This document shows positions 37,535 to 52,050 of a DNA stretch of 64,000 nucleotides, in pieces. The stretch comes from Octopus sinensis (taxonomy: Eukaryota). The notes below the pieces were generated by a model, which was not told the DNA's origin, searched no databases, and was given only the letters and a program-made list of their open reading frames with translations. Made by a program: the position numbers and the translations under genes. Every line of letters begins with the position of its first letter. The first letter of the stretch is position 1. Location: assembly GCF_006345805.1 (NCBI RefSeq), contig NC_043012.1, positions 22,816,001-22,880,000 of the forward strand, read 5' to 3'.

Positions 37535-37893
37535 TTACTTTTATTTTTTTTCCTTTTTCTCTATCACATGACTTTGTAAATGAACAATTTGACGTGTTTA
37601 TTTTAATGGCCTTCTAATGTATACAGTACATTTCTCTGCCCTAGGTATCAGGAAGACACTCAGCAAGAAATGGAAAGAGAATTCAAAGAAGATGCTAATG
37701 AAAATAATAATAATGATTACTTTTATTTTTTTCCTTTTTCTCTATCACATGACTTTTTAAATGAACAATTTGACGTGTTTATTTTAATGGCCTACTAATG
37801 TATACAGTACATTTCTCTGCTCTAGGTATCAGGAAGACACTCAGCAAGAAATGAAAAGAGAATTCAAAGAAGATGCTAATGAAAATAATAATA
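37531..37893 (+). mobile_element. Two tandem ~182-bp copies of an R4/Dong-type LINE 3' UTR within (AAT)n
   Basis: Units start at 37531 and 37713; ccctaggtatcaggaagacactcagcaagaaatggaaagagaatt..gaagatgctaatgaaaataataat matches the reverse complement of ~59885-60030. Confidence 0.85.
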
Positions 37894-39093
37894 ATAATAA
37901 TAATAACAACAACAACAATAATAATGCAGACATCCCATTCATACTATTTATTAACCCAGTATTTCAAGTCACCTTCATGCAAGGATCAAATAAACTAATA
38001 ATGATGATCAGAGATAAAATATGATATAATCCCATATATAGATCCATGGATGTATCTCCCGTGGTTTCATTATTTGCAGATAAGTAGGAATAGACACCGA
38101 ACCGGTGTGTTTAATGTCTACAGAACATGGATAAGAGTAATCTTTTAATCTAAATTACACATTGATGCAGAGTAATAGTAAAATGTCTGAAGGTGTCCTA
38201 GAAATCAATAACAGGTACAAGAATTCATTCTATTTTGGCTTTCTAGAGACTAGAATTGAAATGGTCTGCCTCCAAATATTATACACACACACACACACAT
38301 GCACACGCACACACACATCTGTATACATACATACAGATACATATCTGCATGGCCGTGTGTTTTAGGGTGTTGTACTCATAATTGTAAGATTGTAGTTTCA
38401 ATTCATAGACTGGGTGATGCATTATGCTCTTGAGCAAAATATTTCATTTCACACTGCTGCAATCCACTCAGACAGCAGAAAGGAGAAATCCTGCAATGGA
38501 CTGGCATCCCATCCTGGTGGGGAATCATTTTACACCACAGAATCCGGAAAACCAGTCTTATGAACCTACGGCTTATGAAGGACCTTTGCGCTTTTTTATC
38601 CTGACTATGTGCTCTTGGTTTTAGTTTCACTGTGCAGTACTTTGAAGACTTGTCTTCGATTATAGTCGAAGGCTAACCAAAGCCTTGTGAATGGATTCAT
38701 TAGATGGAAACTGAAAGAAGCCTGCCATATATGTGTGTGTACCTGTGTCTTGATGCCATGTAATGGTTGTGAACAAGCATCATCATCATAAAAGTGATGT
38801 TGTTCTCTTCCAATCTTCTGTGGAAAACATGTCTGACCATGGGAAATATTGCTTGGAAACAGGTGAGGATTAGAGACAGGAAGAGCATCTGGCCATAGAA
38901 AATCTGCCTCAACAAATTCTGTGTGACCCATGCAAGCATGGAAAAGGGGACGTTAAATGACGATAGTGATGATGATAAATATGATAATACATACACATAC
39001 ATGTGTGTGTGTGTTGTGTGTGTGTGTGTGTGTGTGTTCATATGTGAGTGGGCATGTGTGGTTCCACATGATTTAATAAAGTAAAAGTTTCAG

Positions 39094-39474
39094 ACGTGGT
39101 TGTGTGGTAAGAAGTTTGCTTCCCAGTGACATGGTTCCGGGTTCAGTTCCACTGTGTGGCACCTTGGGCAAGTGTCTTCCACTCCAGCCTCAGGCCAACC
39201 AAAGCCTTGTCAATGGATTTGGTATGTGAAAACTGAAAGTAATTCATTGTACATGGGTGTGAGTGTGTGCCTGTTTTTATGTCAGTGTTTGTCCCCACCA
39301 CCACTGTTTGGCAACCAGTGTTGGTTTGTTTACATCCCTGTAACTTAGCAGTTTGGTAAAAGAGACCAATAGAATAAATGCCATGCTAAAAAAATATGAA
39401 AAAGAAAGTACAGGGGTGGTGATGCCCCAGCATTGCCATAGTCTAATGGCTGAAACAAGTAAAAGAATAAAAGA
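39094..39474 (+). mobile_element. Family A SINE
   Basis: Colinear with 28104-28516. Confidence 0.88.
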
Positions 39475-39780
39475 TTGTCAGCAATTTCAATTAGTATTCA
39501 ATTGTTTGATCAACTGAATAGCCTAATTATTGAATGAGATTGTATGTGGTTGAGTATTCCTCATACATGTGTATCTTTAACATGATTTATTCTCAAGAAT
39601 AACCAGTGTGGATCAGTGTGTGATAACACTGTACCTTTTGAATTAAATAAACAATCCATCGAATGGGGATTCTATGCAGTTTCCATCCTCTCAGTTTCAA
39701 TCACAAGGGCTGATTTGACCCAAGGCTACGGTAAAAGATGCTTGCCCCAGATTCCAAGCAGTTTGTCTACATGGAAGTAT

Positions 39781-40776
39781 TTACACCCTTGGCATTTAAA
39801 CTGTCCATATCTGGCCCCTCACATTTACCCTACATGGTCACTCTAAAAAGAAACAATCACATCACTGAAATTTCAAAACTATGAGATAATTCATGATTAA
39901 CTCAAAACAAATTGAATAAATAATTATTACATTTAATAGGGTAATGTGAATACTAATGGGATAATCTGGTCATAGCTGGCCAAAGTATTCTCCCTGTTAC
40001 ATACTGAAACTGGACAGATCTAGCATTTCACACGTACTCTGCAATGTCATTCTATAAAGAAAGAATGATATCATCAAACTCTCAAGGCTATGAGATACTC
40101 TCTCTTTTTACTCTTTTACTTGTTTCAGTCATTTGAGTGTTGCCATGCTGGAGCACCGCCTTTTAGTTGAGCAAATCGACCCCAAGACTTATTCTTTATA
40201 AGCCTAGTACTTATTCTATCGGCCTCTTTTGCTGAACTGCTAAGTTACAAGGACGTAAACACACCAGCATCGGTTGTCAAACGATGTTGGGGTGGACAAA
40301 CACAGACACACAAACACACACATACATATATATATATACGACGGGCTTCTTTCAGTTTCCATCTACCAAATCCACTCACAAGGCTTTGGTCAGCCCGAGG
40401 CTATAGTAGAAGACACTTGACCAAGGTGCCACGCAGTGGGACTGAACCCGGAAGCATGTGGTTGGTAAGCAAGCTACTTACTACACAGCCACTCCTGCGC
40501 CTATATAATTCACAATTAATTTAAAACAACATGAATAAATATGCCCATTTGACAGAGTAATGGAAATAATAAAGGGTTAATTTGGTCATTTCTGACCCAA
40601 ATATTCTGCCTGTTTTATGTTGAAACTGGCTGAATCTAGCATCTCATTCCTGTCATTCGAAATACAAAGGTCCAGAGTATCAAAATCTCAAGGCTATGAG
40701 ATAATTCATGTTTAATTTAAAACACTGTGAATAAATAAGTCTATTTGACAGAGTAATGAGAAGGATAAAAGGTTAC
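39781..40776. mobile_element. Head-to-tail trimer of a ~190-bp MITE-like unit (TTAA-CCCT, piggyBac-like ends); middle unit interrupted by a SINE
   Basis: aa.t.tcaa..ctatgagataattcatg.ttaa.t.aaaaca..tgaataaata...atttgacagagtaat recurs three times; ends resemble ttaaccct..gcatt / aaagggttaa. Confidence 0.6.
40098..40501 (-). mobile_element. Full-length family A SINE
   Basis: Ends cacagccactcctgcgcc (head on minus strand); colinear with 28104. Confidence 0.92.
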
Positions 40777-41719
40777 CCTTACACATGCACATCTATGCTC
40801 TATAATGTTGGTTTTACATCAGATTCCTGTATTAAGGGAAACAATCAAACTTTGATTAACCATGTATGTGCCAAGGGTTAGAGTTTAAGGAATTATATAA
40901 ATAAATGATGAAATATTTATCTTTATCAACACATCTTACTTCTTGCAGAGAATAACAAACATAAGCTTGTTCTTGAGTGGCATCTAAGCAGCATATACAC
41001 ACATGTATGTATGTAAATAAATATACATACACACACACACATATATATATATATACATTCACATGTGTGTACATATACAAATATACATAAATGTATATGT
41101 GTATACACAAACATGCAAATGCATACACACACACACACACATATATATATATGGTGTATAAGTGAGATGTACAACTATGTGCACACACATCTATACAAAT
41201 ATCTGTGCACGTTTATGTATGCATGTGTGCATATATTTATATACATACACATCAATACTAGCAAGAGAAAGGAGATAAATTTATCATATACCCAGATTTC
41301 ACAACTACCCCAAATATTTAATTGGAGGAATAAATAAACTGTACTCGTATTAAAACCTGGCACCTATTCAATTGTTGGTTTATTTAGATTTAGCATTTTC
41401 AAGGCACCCATCAACCTTACATTCTAAAGTAGAGTTAAACATTTTTTTTATAAAAAGTAAATATTTCTTTAAAATACAGACCCTTCTCTCACTCTCTCTT
41501 CTTATGCAATGAGGATATTTATGTAATTAAAAGAAGAAAAAGAAATTAAAGAGAACTTAGAGGCAGGTTTTTAGCCTTGTATTTGCTGCAGTAAATTTTT
41601 CAAAGTTTCTCTAATTAAGGAAATATAAATGATAGATTTATCAGCTAAAACAAAATAAAAATAACATTTAAAAAAAATATATATTTGAAAGGATAATGAG
41701 ACTTTAAAAAAAAATGAAA

Positions 41720-41773
<54 letters not shown>

Positions 41774-41949
41774 ATGTTAACAAAATATTGAAAAAACCCC
41801 AACATACTTGAAACTGAATCATTCATTTAATAACATGCTCGTTAATGATCTCACTAAGTCAGGGTTTAAATGGGATTGTAAACCTATTTTGCTTTTTAGA
41901 TCAACTTTTGCTTAGATCTTTTACCTCCAAAAGCATTAGGAGATTAATA

Positions 41950-42067
41950 TTATTGCTGCTGCTGCTGCTGTTGTTGTTGTTGTTGCTGCTGATAACAACA
42001 ACAACAACAATAATAATAATATAATAATAATATTAATAATATTAATAATGATAATAATAATAATAAC

Positions 42068-42102
<35 letters not shown>

Positions 42103-42107
42103 TGATG

Positions 42108-42150
<43 letters not shown>

Positions 42151-42152
42151 TG

Positions 42153-42231
<79 letters not shown>

Positions 42232-42280
42232 TAATAATAATAATAATGATGATAATAATAATAATAATAATAATAATAAA
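41950..42280. repeat. Long (CTG/TTG/AAC)-(AAT/GAT)n trinucleotide tract
   Basis: Direct reading; source of poly-I, poly-L and poly-Q ORFs. Confidence 0.97.
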
Positions 42281-42539
42281 GTGGTGGGTGGAAGCATCAG
42301 TGTGGAGTGATGAACTATATATAACTTGGGGTATTTTCAGTGAAAATCCATAACATTCTGAGTTCAACTCTGAAGTCAACTTTCACTTTCCTTTTGTCCT
42401 TTCTGATTCGATGAAATAAATACCAGTCGAATACTGGACTCAATTTAAGAAGCTACAAACCATCAAACCACCCCATTATCATCATCATCATCATCATCAT
42501 CAGATTTGCACTCTAATGATTAAATAGTAAATCACCATC

Positions 42540-42566
42540 ATCATTGTTGCTGCTGTTGATATCATT

Positions 42567-42597
<31 letters not shown>

Positions 42598-42780
42598 ATT
42601 ATTATTATTTATTATTATTATTATTATTATATTATTATTATTATTATCATTATCATTATTATTATTACCATTATTACTATTATTACTATTATTTATTATC
42701 ATCATTACTATCATTATTATTATTATTATTATTATCATCATTACTATTATTATTATTACTATTATTATAATTAGTATTAT
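42540..42780. repeat. (ATT/ATC)n trinucleotide tract
   Basis: Direct reading. Confidence 0.95.
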
Positions 42781-43127
42781 CAAATTCTGCAGAGGTTAAC
42801 TTTGCCTTTCATCCTTTTGGGGTTGATAATAATAAGTATCAGGTAAGAACTAGGGTTGATGCAATCGACTTATCTCCTACCCTGAAGCTACCCTAAAATT
42901 CGAGGCTCTGTGACTGTAGTAGAAAGGATTATTACTATTATTATTATAATTATTATTATTATTATGACGATGATGATGATCAAAATGATTTATAATTTAA
43001 ACACAAGGCTACTGATTTGGTGGCAATGGTGATGGGTTTATTATTGTTATTATTATTATCATAGAATTGTTAATGCGCCGCTCCCCACAGTCATTTCAAT
43101 CTATGTGCCTATATTAGAAAGGGTTAC

Positions 43128-43173
<46 letters not shown>

Positions 43174-44043
43174 TGAGCAGGCAGAATTGTAAGGGTGTTG
43201 AGTAAAATTCATAATGACATTTCCTCAGGCTTTCTACATTCTGAGCTCCAATCCTGCAGAGGTCATCTTTGCTATACATATTATACACCATCATCATCAT
43301 CATTGTTAAATGTCTTCTTGGGGGGGTTGGATGGTTTGACAGCAACTGACCAGCTGAAGGGCTGCCCTGGCCCCATGTCTGTTTTGGTGTGGCTTCTACA
43401 TCTGGATGCCCTTCCTAATGCCAACCTTTTGACAGTACTGGGTGCTTTATATACACACACACACACAGATATTATGTATGTGTGTGTTTGTCCCCCCCCC
43501 CACTGTTTGACAATGAGTGTTGGTTTGTTTACATTCCTGTAACCTAGCAGTTTGGCAAAAAAGACAAGACAGAAAAAGCATCAGGCCTCAAACATAAACA
43601 CGCTCTGTGGTCAATCTGCAGAGAATCTTGTATTGCTTGTGCCAAATCTAACCAGAAGAACATTGATTTTTATTCTTTGAGCACAACCATAATCGCATGA
43701 GTCTAAATTCACCGGGTAAGAGTGGTCAGAGATCACATGATATTCAGGTCTACTTTTTTTTTTATATATCCTTTGTTTTGTAATTCAATACTCTACTCGA
43801 GTGTTTGGGCTAAAATGATTATCGCTGTATATATGTAAATTAAGTTATGATCTGAGTTCAACAGAAACTTCTCTCTTGTTTCTGCGATAGTCATCAAGGA
43901 ATATGGTAGTAATAAATTAGTAATAAAATTATAATCTAACATAAATAAAGATAATTACTACAGAGGTTGCTTGACGATATTAATTGGTTTGCGTTCATCA
44001 TGTCATACTCCTTATGAATGTATTTGTTTATGTGTGCCTTAGT

Positions 44044-44110
<67 letters not shown>

Positions 44111-44149
44111 GTATATATATATATGTATGTGTGTATATATATATATATA

Positions 44150-44234
<85 letters not shown>

Positions 44235-44334
44235 ATATATATATGTATGTATGTATTTATATAATAATATCCTACCCTCTCCCTTTTCCTTTCTTTTTCT
44301 ACTCCTCTCTTTCTCTCTCTCCGCTTACATGGTC

Positions 44335-45100
<766 letters not shown>

Positions 45101-45420
45101 AATATGTATATATATTGTCTTGCATTGTTGCTTAACTCCAGGTCAGTCATGACTGATAGACCTATGTTGAAAAGCACTCTAGCCATGACCACCCATTCTT
45201 TTGTGTGAGCAACAAAAATATGTAGGACAACATTATCTAAAGTATGCAATTCTCATTCAAAAATTTTTTCTGAGATGTTGAAGTATGATTTGAAGGATAT
45301 TTGGTAGTGTTTCATAACCATTCGACTGCTGATGCAGAGGGTCTTTCATAAAGAACCAATCTCCAATGTAGCAGTAATAGATTCTGATGGTCATTTCTGT
45401 AGACTTAGTGAAAAATATTG

Positions 45421-48400
45421 TCCTAGAATTTCTATAGGCTCAGAAATTATATAGTATCCTGTAATTTTTATAGGCTCAATTAATTAATAGTACCCTATAA
45501 TTTCTATAGGCTCAGTTAATAGTATCCTGTAATTTCTATAGGCTCAGTAAATCAATGGTACCCTATAATTTCTATAGGCTCATATAATAGTATCCTGTAA
45601 TTTCTATAGGCTCAGTTAATAGTATCCTGTAATTTCTATAGGCTCAGTAAATCAATAGTATCTTGTAATTTCTATAGGCTCAGTAAATCAATAGTATCCT
45701 GTAATTTCTATAGGGTCAGTAAATCAATAGTATCCTGTAATTTCTATAGGGTCAGTAAATCAACAGTATCCTGTAATTTCTATAGGCTCAGTAAATCAAT
45801 AGTATCCTGTAATTTCTATAGGATCAGTAAATCAATAGTATCCTGTAATTTCTATAGGCTCAGTAAATCAATAGTATCCTGTAATTTTTATAGGCTCAAT
45901 TAATTAATAGTACCCTGTAATTTCTATAGGCTCAGTTTATAGTATCCTGTAATTTCTATAGGCTCAGTAAATCAATAGTATCCTGTAATTTCTATAGGCT
46001 CAGTTAATAGTATCCTGTAATTTCTATAGGCTCAGTAAATCAATAGTATCATGTAATTGCTATAGGCTCAGTAAATCAATAGTATCCTGTAATTTCTATA
46101 GGCTCAGTAAATCAATAGTATCCTGTAATTTCTATAGGCTCAGTAAATCAACAGTATCCTGTAATTTCTATAGGCCCAGTAAATCAATAGTATCCTGTAA
46201 TTTCTATAGGCTCAGTAAATCAATAGTATCCTGTAATTTCTATAGGCTCAGAAAATAAATAGTATCTTGTAATTTCTATAGGCTCAGTAAATCAATAGTA
46301 TCCTGTAATTTCTATAGGCTCAGTAAATCAATAGTATCCTGTAATTTTATAGGCTCAGTAAATCAATAGTATCTTGTAATTTCTATAGGCTCAATAAATC
46401 AATAGTATCCTGTTATTATAGGCTCAGTAAATCAATAGTATCCTGTGATTTCTATAGGCTCAGAAAATAAATAGTATCCTGTAATTTTTAGGCTCAATAA
46501 TTAATCAATGGTACCCTATAATTTCTATAGGCTCAGTTAATAATATCCTGTAATTTCTATAGGCTCAGTAAATCAATGGTACTCATAATTCTATAGGCCC
46601 AGTTAATAGTATCCTGTAATTTCTATAGGCTCAGTTAATAGTATTCGGTAATTTCTATAGGCTCAGTAAATCAATAGTATCTTGTAATTTCTATAGGCTC
46701 ATAAATCAATAGTATCCTGTAATTTCTATAGGCTCAGTAAATCAATAGTATCCTGCAATTTCTATACGCTCAGTAAATCAACAGTATCCTGTAATTTCTA
46801 TAGGCTCAGTAAATAAACAGTATCCTGTAATTTCTATAGGCTCAGTAAATCAACAGTATCCTGTAATTTCTATAGGCTCAGTTAATCAATAGTATCCTGT
46901 AATTTCTATAGGCTCAGTAAATAAATAGTATCCTTTAATTTTTATAGGCTCAATTAATTAATAGTACCCTATAATTTCTATAGGCTCAGTTAATAGTATC
47001 CTGTAATTTCTATAGGCTCAGTAAATCAATGGTACCCTATAATTTCTATAGGCTCAGTTAATAGTATCCTGTAATTTCTATAGGCTCAGTTAATAGTATC
47101 CCGTAATTTCTATAGGCTCAGTAAATCAATAGTATCCTGTAATTTCTATAGGCTCACTAAATCAATAGTATCCTGTAATTTCTATAGGCTCACTAAATCA
47201 ATAGTATCCTGTAATTTCTATAGGCTCAGTAAATAAATAGTATCCTTTAATTTTTATAGGCTCAATTAATTAATAGTACCCTATAATTTCTATAGGCTCA
47301 GTTAATAGTATCCTGTAATTTCTATAGGCTCAGTAAATAAATGGTACCCTATAATTTCTATAGGCTCAGTTAATAGTATCCTGTAATTTCTATAGGCTCA
47401 GTTAATAGTATCCCGTAATTTCTATAGGCTCAGTAAATCAATAGTATCCTGTAATTTCTATAGGCTCACTAAATCAATAGTATCCTGTAATTTCTATAGG
47501 CTCACTAAATCAATAGTATCCTGTAATTTCTATAGGCTCAGTAAATAAACAGTATCCTGTAATTTCTATAGGCTCAGTTAATAGTATCCTGTAATTTCTA
47601 TAGGCTCAGTTAATAGTATCCCGTAATTTCTATAGGCTCAGTAAATCAATAGTATCCTGTAATTTCTATAGGCTCACTAAATCAATAGTATCCTGTAATT
47701 TCTATAGGCTCACTAAATCAATAGTATCCTGTAATTTCTATAGGCTCAGTAAATAAATAGTATCCTTTAATTTTTATAGGCTAAATAATTAATAGTACCC
47801 TTAATTTCTATAGGCTCAGTTAATAGTATCCTGTAATTTCTATAGGCTCAGTAAATCAATGGTACCCTATAATTTCTATAGGCTCAGTTAATAGTATCCT
47901 GTAATTTCTATAGGCTCAGTTAATAGTATCCCGTAATTTCTATAGGCTCAGTAAATCAATAGTATCCTGTAATTTCTATAGGCTCACTAAATCAATAGTA
48001 TCCTGTAATTTCTATAGGCTCACTAAAATCATAGTATCCTGTAATTTCTATAGGCTCAGTAAATAAATAGTATCCTGTAATTTCTATAGGCTAAGTAAAT
48101 CAACAGTATCCTGTAATTTCTATAGGCTCAGTTAATAGTATCCTGTAATTTCTATAGGCTCAGTAAATCAATAGTATCTTGTAATTTCTATAGGCTCAGT
48201 AAAAAATCAATAGTATCCTGTAATTTCTATAGGCTCAGTAAATCAATAGTATCCTGTATTTCTATAGGCTCGTAAATCAATAGTATCCTGTAATTTCTAT
48301 AGGCTCAGTTAATAGTATCCTGTAATTTCTATAGGCTCAGTATCAATAGTATCTTGTAATTTCTATAGGCTCAGTAAATCAATAGTATCCTGTAATTTCT

Positions 48401-51400
48401 ATAGGCTCAGTAAATCAATAGTATCCTGTAATTCTATAGGCTCAGTAAATAAATAGTATCTGTAATTTCTATAGGCTCACTAAATCATTAGTATCCTGTA
48501 ATTTCTATAGGCTCAGTAAATAAACAGTATCCTGTAATTTTTATAGGCTCAGTAAATCAACAGTATCCTGTAATTTCTATAGGCTCAGTTAATAGTATCC
48601 TGTAATTTCTATAGGCTCAGTAAATCAATAGTATCTTGTAATTTCTATAGGCTCAGTAAATCAATAGTATCCTGTAATTTCTATAGGCTCAGTAAATTAA
48701 CAGTACCTGTAATTTCTATAGGCTCAGTTTATAGTATCCTGTAATTTCTATAGGCTCAGTAAATCAATAGTATCCTGTAATTTCTATAGGCTCAGTTAAT
48801 AGTATCCTGTAATTTCTATAGGCTCAGTAAATCAATAGTATCTTGTAATTTCTATAGGCTCAGTAAATCAATAGTATCCTGTAATTTCTATAGGCTCAGT
48901 AAATCAATAGTATCCTGTAATTTCTATAGGCTCAGTAAATCAACAGTATCCTGTAATTTCTATAGGCTCAGTAAATCAATAGTATCCTGTAATTTCTATA
49001 GGCTCAGTAAATCAATAGTATCCTGTAATTTCTATAGGGTCAGAAAATAAATAGTATCTTGTAATTTCTATAGGCTCAGTAAATCAATAGTATCCTGTAA
49101 TTTCTATAGGCTCAGTAAATCAATAGTATTCTGTAATTTCTATAGGCTCAGTAAATCACTAGTATCTTGTAATTTCTATAGGCTCAGTAAATCAATAGTA
49201 TCCTGTAATTTCTATAGGCTCAGAAAATAAATAGTATCCTGTAATTTTTATAGGCTCAATTAATTAATAGTACCCTATAATTTCTATAGGCTCAGTTAAT
49301 AATATCCTGTAATTTCTATAGGCTCAGTAAATCAATGGTACTCTATAATTTCTATAGGCCCAGTTAATAGTATCCTGTAATTTCTATAGGCTCAGTTAAT
49401 AGTATTCGGTAATTTCTATAGGCTCAGTAAATCAATAGTATCTTGTAATTTCTATAGGCTCATAAATCAATAGTATCCTGTAATTTCTATAGGCTCAGTA
49501 AATCAATAGTATCCTGCAATTTCTATACGCTCAGTAAATCAACAGTATCCTGTAATTTCTATAGGCTCAGTAAATAAACAGTATCCTGTAATTTCTATAG
49601 GCTCAGTAAATCAACAGTATCCTGTAATTTCTATAGGCTCAGTTAATCAATAGTATCTTGTAATTTCTATAGGCTCAGTAAATAAATAGTATCCTTTAAT
49701 TTTTATAGGCTCAATTAATTAATAGTAACCTATAATTTCTATAGGCTCAGTTAATAGTATCCTGTAATTTCTATAGGCTCAGTAAATCAATGGTACCCTA
49801 TAATTTCTATAGGCTCAGTTAATAGTATCCTGTAATTTCTATAGGCTCAGTTAATCGTATCAAGTAATTTCTATAGGCTCAGTAAATCAATAGTATCCTG
49901 TAATTTCTATAGGCTCACTAAATCAATAGTATCCTGTAATTTCTATAGGCTCACTAAATCAATAGTATCCTGTTATTTCTATAGGCTCAGTAAATAAATA
50001 GTATCCTGTAATTTCTATAGGCTAAGTAAATCAACAGTATCCTGTAATTTCTATAGGCTCAGTTAATAGTATCCTGTAATTTCTATAGGCTCAGTAAATC
50101 AATAGTATCTTGTAATTTCTATAGGCTCAGTAAATCAATAGTATCCTGTAATTTCTATAGGCTCAGTAAATCAATAGTATCCTGTAATTTCTATAGGCTC
50201 AGTAAATCAATAGTATCCTGTAATTTCTATAGGCTCAGTTAATAGTATCCTGTAATTTCTATAGGCTCAGTAAATCAATAGTATCTTGTAATTTCTATAG
50301 GCTCAGTAAATCAATAGCATCCTGTAATTTCTATAGGCTCAGTAGATCAATAGTATCCTGTAATTTCTATAGGCTCAGTAAATCAATAGTATCCTGTAAT
50401 TTCTATAGGCTCAGTTAATAGTATCCTGTAATTTCTATAGGCTCAGTAAATCAATAGTATCTTGTAATTTCTATAGGCTCAGTAAATCAATAGTATCCTG
50501 TAATTTCTATAGGCTCAGTAAATCAATAGTATCCTGTAATTTTTATAGGCTCAGTTAATAGTATCCTGTAATTTCTATAGGCTCAGTAAATCAATAGTAT
50601 CTTGTAATTTCTATAGGCTCAGTAAATCAATAGTATCCTGTAATTTCTATAGGCTCAGTAAATCAATAGTATCCTGTAATTTCTATAGGCTCAGTAAATA
50701 AATAGTATCCTGTAATTTCTATAGGCTCACTAAATCAATAGTATCCTGTAATTTCTATAGGCTCAGTAAATAAACAGTATCCTGTAATTTCTATAGGCTT
50801 AGTAAATCAACAGTATCCTGTAATTTCTATAGGCTCAGTTAATAGTATCCTGTAATTTCTATAGGCTCAGTAAATCAATAGTATCTTGTAATTTCTATAG
50901 GCTCAGTAAATCAATAGTATCCTGTAATTTCTATAGGCTCAGTAAATTAACAGTATCCTGTAATTTCTATAGGCTCAGTAAATCAACAGTATCCTGTAAT
51001 TTCTATAGGCTCAGTAAATCAACAGTATCCTGTAATTTCTATAGGCTCAGTTAATAGTATCCTGTAATTTCTATAGGCTCAGTAAATAAATAGTATCCTG
51101 TAATTTCTATAGGCTCAGTAAATCAATAGTATCCTGTAATTTCTATAGGCTCAGTAAATCAATAGTATCCTGTAATTTCCATAGGCTCAGTAAATCAATA
51201 GTATCCTGTAATTTCTATAGGCTCAGTAAATCAATAGTATCTTGTAATTTCTATAGGCTCAGTAAATCAATAGTATCCTGTAATTTCTATAGGCTCAGTA
51301 AATCAATAGTATCCTGTAATTTCTATAGGCTCAGTAAATCACTAGTATCTTGTAATTTCTATAGGCTCAATAAATCAATAGTATCCTGTAATTTCTATAG

Positions 51401-52050
51401 GCTCAGTAAATCAATAGTATCCTGTAATTTCTATAGGCTCAGAAAATAAATAGTATCCTGTAATTTTTATAGGCTCAATTAATTAATAGTACCCTATAAT
51501 TTCTATAGGCTCAGTTAATAGTATCCTGTAATTTCTATAGGCTCAGTAAATCAATAGTATCTTGTAGTTTCTATAGGCTCAGTAAATCAATAGTATCCTG
51601 TAATTTCTATAGGCTCAGTAAATCAATAGTATCCTATAATTTCTATAGGCTCAGTAAATCAACAGTATCCTGTAATTTCTATAGGCTCAGTAAATCAACA
51701 GTATCCTGTAATTTCTATAGGCTCAGTAAATCAATAGTATCCTCTAATTTTTATAAGCTCAATTAATTAATAGTACCCTATAATTTCTATAGGCTCAGTT
51801 AATAGAATCCTGTAATTTCTATAGGCTCAGTAAATCACTAGTATCTTGTAATTTCTATAGGCTCAATAAATCAATAGTATCCTGTAATTTCTATAGGCTC
51901 AGTAAATCAATAGTATCCTGTAATTTCTATAGGCTCAGTAAATCAACAGTATCCTGTAATTTCTATAGGCTCAGTAAGACAATAGTAGCCTGTAATTTCT
52001 ATAGGCTCAGTAAATCACTAGTATCCTGTAATTTCTATAGGCTCAGTAAA
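45421..52050. repeat. Satellite array, about 190 monomers of 36 bp (AGTATCCTGTAATTTCTATAGGCTCAGTAAATCAAT) and 32 bp (AGTATCCTGTAATTTCTATAGGCTCAGTTAAT) with higher-order repeats
   Basis: Period 36 confirmed (46081, 46117, 46153); diagnostic variants recur at offsets 312 and 2761; monomer count estimated from length. Confidence 0.98.

Noticed and set aside
41936-42783. Poly-I, poly-L, poly-Q and poly-Y ORFs (also 3009-3203, 3794-4147 and 22966-23154)
   Set aside because: Trinucleotide microsatellite read-through; no splice or protein context.
45421-52050. CRISPR array, or a coding repeat (36-mer open as VSCNFYRLSKSI)
   Set aside because: No unique spacers, no cas genes and a eukaryotic context; interspersed 32-bp monomers break the frame.
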